DNA of 64,000 nt. It comes from Candidatus Latescibacterota bacterium (GTDB lineage: Bacteria > Latescibacterota > UBA2968 > UBA8231). A model generated the notes under the pieces. The model was not told where the DNA came from. It made no database searches and saw only the letters and a list, made by a program, of their open reading frames with translations. The stretch is from assembly GCA_965203355.1 (NCBI GenBank), contig OZ241889.1, positions 3,616,001 through 3,680,000 of the forward strand. Direction: 5' to 3'. Positions within the stretch are counted from its first letter, which is position 1, and the number at the start of each line of letters is the position of its first letter. Positions 58,371-64,000 of the stretch are shown here, one piece after another. The position numbers were made by a program, and so were the translations under genes.

Positions 58371-58902
58371 AGCGCTCTAACAAGGCGAGAAGGTGTCTGG
58401 CCGTGTCCTCTGGCGTCTCGGCCTGCGAGGTGTACAGCTCGATGTCGGCTTGGTCGTAGAAAGGAGCGCGCTCGCGGAGCAAGGACGCTATCTTGGCGCG
58501 TTGCGCCTGCGGGTCCAACCCCGCGAGCAGGGGCCGGTTAGAGTGGAGACGGACGCGGGCAAAAATCGTCTCCACGTCGGCCTTGAGACACACCAAGATG
58601 CCAGCGCAGCGCACCGCCGCCATATTGTCGGCGCGGGTGATCGCCCCACCGCCCAAGGCCACTACGGCATCCGGGCACTGGCAGGTTTCGAGGACGCAGG
58701 CGCGCTCTAGCTGGCGAAAGTGCGCCTCACCCTCGTCGGCGAAAATCTTCGCAATGGTCTTGCCGGCGCGCTGTTCGACCATCCGGTCGGTGTCCAAAAA
58801 ACAACGTCCTAGCTTCTTCGCGAGGATGTGCCCGACGTGGGTCTTGCCCACGCCCATAAAACCAGCGAGAAACACCGGCCCCTTGGTCATGGCCGCGCTC
58901 AC
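58357..58902 (-). CDS. aroK: Shikimate kinase
   Basis: 'GFMGVGKT', 'DTD', 'GEAHFRQLE', 'GGG', 'NRPLL', 'R.PFY'. Confidence 0.95.
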   Translation of the reverse strand: MSAAMTKGPVFLAGFMGVGKTHVGHILAKKLGRCFLDTDRMVEQRAGKTIAKIFADEGEAHFRQLERACVLETCQCPDAVVALGGGAITRADNMAAVRCAGILVCLKADVETIFARVRLHSNRPLLAGLDPQAQRAKIASLLRERAPFYDQADIELYTSQAETPEDTARHLLALLERYAKD

Positions 58903-60614
58903 ATTCGCTCCAAGGTCTCGATGCCGAGCAGGTCGAGCCCCTGGCGCACGGTGCGCGCCGTCAGTAGGGCCAACAACAACCGGCTCGTCCGCACCGGCTC
59001 ATCTGCGCGGAGCACTGGACACTGCTCGTAGAACTTCATAAAGGCGTCCGCCAATTCGCCGAGATAGGTGCAGAGCACGTGCGGATAGCACTGGCCGGCC
59101 ACGGCCGCGACCACTTCGGGAAACTGCAACAGCTTGATGGCGAGCGCGTTTTCGGCCCGCTCGCCCACGATTATCGCGCCGTCAAGTGCCTCTTCATCCA
59201 CGCCAGCGCGGCGGAACATGCTCTTGATGCGGGCGTATGAGTAGAGCATGTACGGCGCGGTGTTGCCGTCGAGCGCTAGCATCTTGTCCCAGTCGAACAC
59301 GTAGTCCGAGAGGCGGTTGAACGACAACTCCATGTACTTGATGCTGCCAATGCCAATTACGCGGGCGATCTGCCGCCGCTCGGCCTCGGCCATGGTGGGA
59401 TTCTTCGCGCTCACTTGGGCAAAGGCCCGCGCCACACCCTCCTCCAACACGTCCATCAGCTTGACTGTGCCGCCGACCCGCGTCTTAAACGGCCGGTGGT
59501 CCGCGCCGAGAATCGCGCCAAACGCATGGTGCTCCAAAGCGGTCGTCGCCGGCGCATATCCCGCCGCCCGCGCTACCGCGAAGACCTGCTGCAAGTGAAA
59601 CGACTGGCGCGCATCGACGATGTAGAGAATGCGGTCGGCCGCGAGTGCGCCGGCCCGATAGCGCACCGCCGCGAGGTCGCTCGTCGCATAGAGGTAGCCG
59701 CCGTCTGACTTCTGCACGATGACCGGCGTAATCTGGCCGTCCTTGTTTTTGAATTCCGCCAAGAAGACGCACTGTGCGCCGTTGGATTCCACCAGCAAGC
59801 CCTTGGCGCGCAAATCCTCGACCACGCGGGGCAAGTCGTCGTTGTACGCGCTCTCGCCCCGCACGTCTTCGGGCTTCAGGCCGACTCCTAGCGCGGCGTA
59901 TACGCGCTGGCCGTGGGCGAGGGATTCGTCGATAAACTGCTGCCACCGCCCCAGCACCTGCGGGTCGCCACTTTGCAGCTTGACCACGTATTCCCGCGCC
60001 CGATCGGCAAAGGCCGCGTCTTGGTCAAAGCGCTGCCGCGCCGACTGGTAGAACACTTCTAGATCGGCCAATTCCGTGGCTGGATCCGCCCGCTCGGCCA
60101 AGTGGGCAATGAGCATCCCAAACTGCGTCCCCCAGTCGCCCACGTGATTGTGGCGCACAACCTCGTGGCCCAAAAATTCGAGGACGCGCGCGATGGCATC
60201 GCCGATGACTGTGCTGCGCAGATGGCCGATGTGCATTTCCTTGGCCAAGTTGGGATGCGAGTAGTCGAGTACGACCTTTTGCGGCGCGGCTTGGGGTACG
60301 CCGAGGCGCGGATCGGCCAGCACCTGCCCTAGCTGCGCGGCCAGCCACTCGCCCTTGAGTTGGATGTTGATAAAACCCGGCCCGGCGATAGCTACGGACG
60401 CGGCCATATCCGCCAGATCTAATTCCTCCACGACCTGAGCGGCGAGTGCGCGGGGATTGGTCTTCAGCTTCTTGGCGGCGGCCATCACACCGTTGGCCTG
60501 ATAATCGCCGAACTCCGGCCGGGTGGCCGGGCCGACGAGGGCCGGGGAATCCGCGGGCGCACCCGCTCGGGCCAATGCCGCGCTAATGCGCGTTGCTAGT
60601 AATTCGGTTATCAT
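58899..60614 (-). CDS. argS: Arginine--tRNA ligase
   Basis: 'FGDYQAN', 'PNLAKEMHIGHLRS', 'NHVGDWGTQFG', 'KSDGGYLY', 'PFKTR', 'GNTAPY', terminal 'LERM'. Confidence 0.97.
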   Translation of the reverse strand: MITELLATRISAALARAGAPADSPALVGPATRPEFGDYQANGVMAAAKKLKTNPRALAAQVVEELDLADMAASVAIAGPGFINIQLKGEWLAAQLGQVLADPRLGVPQAAPQKVVLDYSHPNLAKEMHIGHLRSTVIGDAIARVLEFLGHEVVRHNHVGDWGTQFGMLIAHLAERADPATELADLEVFYQSARQRFDQDAAFADRAREYVVKLQSGDPQVLGRWQQFIDESLAHGQRVYAALGVGLKPEDVRGESAYNDDLPRVVEDLRAKGLLVESNGAQCVFLAEFKNKDGQITPVIVQKSDGGYLYATSDLAAVRYRAGALAADRILYIVDARQSFHLQQVFAVARAAGYAPATTALEHHAFGAILGADHRPFKTRVGGTVKLMDVLEEGVARAFAQVSAKNPTMAEAERRQIARVIGIGSIKYMELSFNRLSDYVFDWDKMLALDGNTAPYMLYSYARIKSMFRRAGVDEEALDGAIIVGERAENALAIKLLQFPEVVAAVAGQCYPHVLCTYLGELADAFMKFYEQCPVLRADEPVRTSRLLLALLTARTVRQGLDLLGIETLERM

Positions 60615-60632
60615 GCTAGGTGTGTTGTCGGC

Positions 60633-61481
60633 CTAAGCCGGGAAGTGCTCCAGTGCGGCCGCCCGCATCGCCGCGACCGGCGGCTCGACACCCGTCCATA
60701 TCTCAAGTGCCCGCGCACCTTGCCAAGCGAGCATACCCAAGCCGTTGATCGCCGAGGCACCAGCGGCGGCGGCCTGCTGCATGAGCGCGGTCTCCAGCGG
60801 GTTGTACACAAGGTCGGCGACCATCATGCCGGCGTGTAAACACGATGGGTCCGCCAGCGGCGAAACGCCAGCGCGAGGGTGCATTCCGAGGGTCGTGGCG
60901 TTGATGAGCAAACCAGCGTCGCCAATCGGCCCGGTCTCGGCCAGCGACCCGACCCGTACCTTGCCTTCGCGGTCGAGGTCCGCGGCGAGCGCGGCCGCCT
61001 TTTCCACCGTGCGGTTGAGCAAGGACACCTCCTCCACCTCGGCACGCGCCAGCAGCGCGTAGAGCACGGCCCGCGCCGCACCCCCGGCGCCGAGCAGCGC
61101 GACCTTGGGCGGCAACCGGCCCAAACCGCCATCGGCCTTGAGGCTCTGGACGATGCCAAAGGCGTCCGTGTTGTACCCCACGAGCCGTCCAGCGCAATGG
61201 GCAATGGTATTGACCGCACCAATGCGCTGGGCCTCGGCGGAGATCTCGTCGAGATGCGCCATGACCGCCTGCTTGTGCGGCACCGTTACATTCAGCCCAA
61301 CGATGCCAAAAGCGCGCATTCCAGCGAGGGCCGCGGGCAAGGCGGCCGGAGCAACGCGAAACGCCGCGTACACATAGTTGAGCTTCAACGCTCGGAGCGC
61401 GGCGTTGTGCATGGCCGGCGACGCCGTATGTGCGACCGGGTCGCCGATGACGCCGAGCACCCGCGTCGTCCCGCAAATCAC
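60633..61481 (-). CDS. aroE: Shikimate dehydrogenase
   Basis: 'GDPVAHTASPAMHN', 'NVTVPHK', 'GAVNT', 'NTD', 'GAGGAARA', 'DLVYNP', 'GLGMLAWQG'. Confidence 0.94.
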   Translation of the reverse strand: MICGTTRVLGVIGDPVAHTASPAMHNAALRALKLNYVYAAFRVAPAALPAALAGMRAFGIVGLNVTVPHKQAVMAHLDEISAEAQRIGAVNTIAHCAGRLVGYNTDAFGIVQSLKADGGLGRLPPKVALLGAGGAARAVLYALLARAEVEEVSLLNRTVEKAAALAADLDREGKVRVGSLAETGPIGDAGLLINATTLGMHPRAGVSPLADPSCLHAGMMVADLVYNPLETALMQQAAAAGASAINGLGMLAWQGARALEIWTGVEPPVAAMRAAALEHFPA

Positions 61482-61618
61482 CCCAACACATCCTCGATAA
61501 AGCTGTTGGCAATCTCAAAGGATTCGCGCCACGATACGCCGTAGAGCAAGCGGATGGCGAGCAGGCCGCCGCACAACATCACGGCCGCGCACACAAAGAG
61601 CCGAAAAATTCCTCGCAT
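61478..61618 (-). CDS. 46-aa single-TM small protein (below the ORF-track cutoff)
   Basis: AGGAGAAGGAG RBS; MRGIFRLFVCAAVMLCGGLLAIRLLYGVSWRESFEIANSFIEDVLG*; GTGA overlap with the aroE start. Confidence 0.6.
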   Translation of the reverse strand: MRGIFRLFVCAAVMLCGGLLAIRLLYGVSWRESFEIANSFIEDVLG

Positions 61619-61635
61619 ATTCAATCTCCTTCTCC

Positions 61636-62838
61636 TTAAATAGATTGTACGACCTCAAAAAAATCGGGCCAGATGGGCGTCAAGCACGCCCGGCCTTCGA
61701 TGGTCAACTCTCCTCCGGCCAACAGTCCAGCCACGGCAAAAGCCATCGTTAAACCGGGATCGCCCTTGCCGTCGAGGGGGCCGCTTTCGAGCGGGAAGCC
61801 GCCCTCGATGACCAGCCCCTCGGGGAACTGACCGATCCGCGCATTGAGCGCGCGCAGCGTAGCGCACAAATGCTCCACATGCGGCACATCTGCGATGTCG
61901 CGGATGACCGTCGTCCCCTTCGTCTGAGTCGCCAAAACAGCGAGCAACGCGATCTGGTCGGCGACCTTGGCCGCCCGCGCCCCAGCCACGCGCGTGGCCT
62001 TTAACGGACTAGCACTCACGTGCAAATCGCACTCGTTGCCCCCGAGTTCTTTCGCGGCGATCTGCGCCCCAATCTGCCGCAGCAAATCCAAGAAGGCCCG
62101 GGGCCCGGGGCGCGTGGCCACGCGCTTGATGGTTAGCTCCGACCCCTTGCGACACAGCGCAGCCCCCATGAGCGGATAAGCCAATTCGAGTTGCCCGGGC
62201 ACCTCCACATCCGTTGCCTGTAACGCCTGCCCGCCTTCCAGCGACAGCAGCCTACGCCGCTCGACGGCAATCCCGCGCGCGCGCAACAACCGCTCCACGC
62301 GGGTGCCGACTTTTAGCGCGGTCGTCCCCTCGGCAAAGAGCGCGGCCACCGTGGCGCCCAGTGCCAAGGCGTCGGTCGGCGGTGCCGCGGAGAGGACGAA
62401 CCCTTTGGCCGGCTGCCCGCCGGTTACAACGGTCCCCCCGCTCTCCTGTTCGACAGCGAATCCGACCTCGGCCAACAGGCTGAGCAGTGGCCGACACCGC
62501 TCGGCTTCCGCGCCCAATTTCACCCGCGAGCGAAACGTTTGCCCGGCGAGCACGGGAAGCAACAGCAGCGCCGTGTCGCCCAACCCCGCTAAGTCGAGCG
62601 GCTCGGCGGCCTCCTGAAACCCCCGCAACCCAACGCCGCGCACCCCATGAGTGCCCGCCCGCACGGCCAGGTCAACGCCTAAATCGCGCAACAGACCGAC
62701 CACCCGGCCAGCGGCAACAGGCGCGTTGTGGACGGTGCTGTCTCCTTCGCTCAGCGCGGCCAACACGAGGGCCTGCTCGGCGAGATCTCGCTCTCCGGGC
62801 ACGGACACTTGGCTCGCAGGGGTTGCGCTGGCTGCCAT
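61636..62838 (-). CDS. EPSP synthase (AroA)-fold protein with degenerate active-site motifs
   Basis: AroA-like framework ('VSVPG...ALVLAALSEGDSTV', 'VRGVGLRG', 'EVPG', 'LRQIGAQI', 'LAVLATQTKGTT', 'MAFAVAGL', 'WPDFF') in an aro cluster. Confidence 0.7.
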   Translation of the reverse strand: MAASATPASQVSVPGERDLAEQALVLAALSEGDSTVHNAPVAAGRVVGLLRDLGVDLAVRAGTHGVRGVGLRGFQEAAEPLDLAGLGDTALLLLPVLAGQTFRSRVKLGAEAERCRPLLSLLAEVGFAVEQESGGTVVTGGQPAKGFVLSAAPPTDALALGATVAALFAEGTTALKVGTRVERLLRARGIAVERRRLLSLEGGQALQATDVEVPGQLELAYPLMGAALCRKGSELTIKRVATRPGPRAFLDLLRQIGAQIAAKELGGNECDLHVSASPLKATRVAGARAAKVADQIALLAVLATQTKGTTVIRDIADVPHVEHLCATLRALNARIGQFPEGLVIEGGFPLESGPLDGKGDPGLTMAFAVAGLLAGGELTIEGRACLTPIWPDFFEVVQSI

Positions 62839-62841
62839 GGC

Positions 62842-63939
62842 CTAGGGTCTCCGCGCCCCGTACCCGAGCCGAGCCAAAATTCCCAGCGCATGTTCCGCAC
62901 TCTCCGCGCTGTCAAATCCCAACCGCAGCGTCCCTCCCTCGCCCTCGCGCACCTTCATCACCTCGATATCGTTGATGTTTATCCCTTGCGTTCCGAGTGC
63001 CTGCCCGATCTCGGCGACCACGCCCGGCCGATCCTCAGCCAGCACCAAAACCTCGTGCAGCGCGTGAATAAACCCCTTTGAATCCCTCGGGATAGACCCG
63101 CGAATCTCGTTGGCAAAATCGAAATCCGCCCTGAGCTCTTCGGCCGCTAGCCGCTCCCGCACATCCGCGAGCGCGGCGATGTAGCGGTCGATCATCGCGC
63201 GGATCTCGTCGGCATTGGTCGCGCAAATATCCTCCCAGACCGGCGCGAATGGACTCGAGGCAATCCGCGTCAAGTCGCGAAAACCGCCAGCGGCCAACGG
63301 CAAGAAGTGGTCCCGCTCGGCATGCAGTCGCCCGACCATGCTCACCAGCGAGGTCGCCATCATCTGCGGCAAGTGGCTGATCGCAGCGACCGCTCGGTCG
63401 TGTGCCCCAGCGTCTAGTTCCATCACCCGTGCTCCAAACTGCCGCAAGAGCGCAGTCAATGCTTGGTAGCGGTCCGCCGGTACCTTTGGGTCGGGGACCA
63501 AAATGTAAATCGCATTCTGGAAGAGGAACGGGTCGGCTGCCGCCACGCCCGCCTTTTCAGAACCTGCCATTGGATGGCCGCCGACAAAGTACACCTCGTC
63601 GCGGAAATGAGCTTGAGCCGCAGCGACAATGCGCCGCTTGGTGCTCCCCACATCGGTGACGAGAGTCCCCGGCTCGGCCAGCCGCCCCACTTCGGCAATC
63701 AGCGTCAGAATCCGCTTGATCGGCGTGCAGATAAAGACTAGGTCGGCCCCTCGGAGCGCCGGCCCCAACTCATCGTAGCCCCATCCTTCGTCCAGCACGC
63801 CCAACTCCAGCGCCCGGGCGAGGGTCGCCGAACGGCTGACGCCCACAAGCTGCCCGCCAAAGCCCGTGCGCTTGAGCGCCAAGCCTAGGGAGCCGCCGAT
63901 CAGGCCCACGCCGATGATAACTACCCGCCGGAAGAAGGC
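62842..63939 (-). CDS. tyrA: Prephenate dehydrogenase with C-terminal ACT domain (5' end unresolved)
   Basis: 'FFRRVVIIGVGLIGGSLG', 'TDVGSTK', 'GGHPMAGSE', 'HDRAVAAISHLP', 'GGFRDLTRIA', ACT 'DRPGVVA'; no in-frame ATG/GTG/TTG upstream of the first beta-strand. Confidence 0.85.
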   Translation of the reverse strand, partial: AFFRRVVIIGVGLIGGSLGLALKRTGFGGQLVGVSRSATLARALELGVLDEGWGYDELGPALRGADLVFICTPIKRILTLIAEVGRLAEPGTLVTDVGSTKRRIVAAAQAHFRDEVYFVGGHPMAGSEKAGVAAADPFLFQNAIYILVPDPKVPADRYQALTALLRQFGARVMELDAGAHDRAVAAISHLPQMMATSLVSMVGRLHAERDHFLPLAAGGFRDLTRIASSPFAPVWEDICATNADEIRAMIDRYIAALADVRERLAAEELRADFDFANEIRGSIPRDSKGFIHALHEVLVLAEDRPGVVAEIGQALGTQGININDIEVMKVREGEGGTLRLGFDSAESAEHALGILARLGYGARRP

Positions 63940-64000
63940 TCGCTCTCCTCGCGTTCAAAGTTGGTGGTCAATTCGATGAGTAGCCGATAGAGCGCTTCTA
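63921..64000 (-). CDS. 3' end of an upstream gene, possibly chorismate mutase
   Basis: Open frame EALYRLLIELTTNFEREESEPSSGG* resembles an AroQ C-terminal helix; aro/tyr context. Confidence 0.4.
   Translation of the reverse strand, partial: EALYRLLIELTTNFEREESEPSSGG

Noticed and set aside
61636-62838. Assigning the symbol aroA
   Set aside because: The substrate-binding and catalytic motifs are missing, so EPSPS function is unsupported.
1-64000. tRNA/rRNA genes and selenocysteine machinery (selA/B/C/D)
   Set aside because: None recognised in this window by eye; tRNAscan-SE/Infernal and a whole-genome search are needed.

Overview
GC-rich bacterial chromosomal window. FlgD/T9SS-type C-terminal domains, a C-terminal 'SWGxxK' tail and ankyrin/TPR proteins suggest an FCB-superphylum lineage such as Latescibacterota or Poribacteria (inference). 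Contents, left to right: a secreted/lipoprotein cluster with an AT-richer two-gene islet (0-9.4 kb); sugar-acid catabolic genes; two FG-GAP/ASPIC-UnbV (CRTAC1-like) genes and a penta-heme cytochrome c-TPR gene; a PtuAB/Septu-like ATPase-HNH pair; ackA, an RspA/ManD-like dehydratase, uppP and an aldolase; a 1943-aa mosaic surface protein; an EPS cluster; sixA and a PTS IIA gene; rimO; a three-gene dynamin-like GTPase island whose middle gene is split by an IS5-family element and whose last gene is fused to about 14 ankyrin repeats; and an aroB-aroK-argS-aroE-(degenerate aroA)-tyrA cluster. Most notable: (1) a ~1.07-kb array of ~141-151-bp units downstream of the surface-protein gene, each carrying a variant copy of that gene's last 17-18 codons plus a terminator hairpin, with homology to the gene beginning at the palindrome CCGCTTGCAAGCGG; (2) an in-frame UGA followed by a GGUC-loop SECIS-like hairpin that joins two CRTAC1 ORFs into a probable ~890-aa selenoprotein; (3) the dynamin-ankyrin island. 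All calls come from manual reading and motif recognition; no database searches were run.
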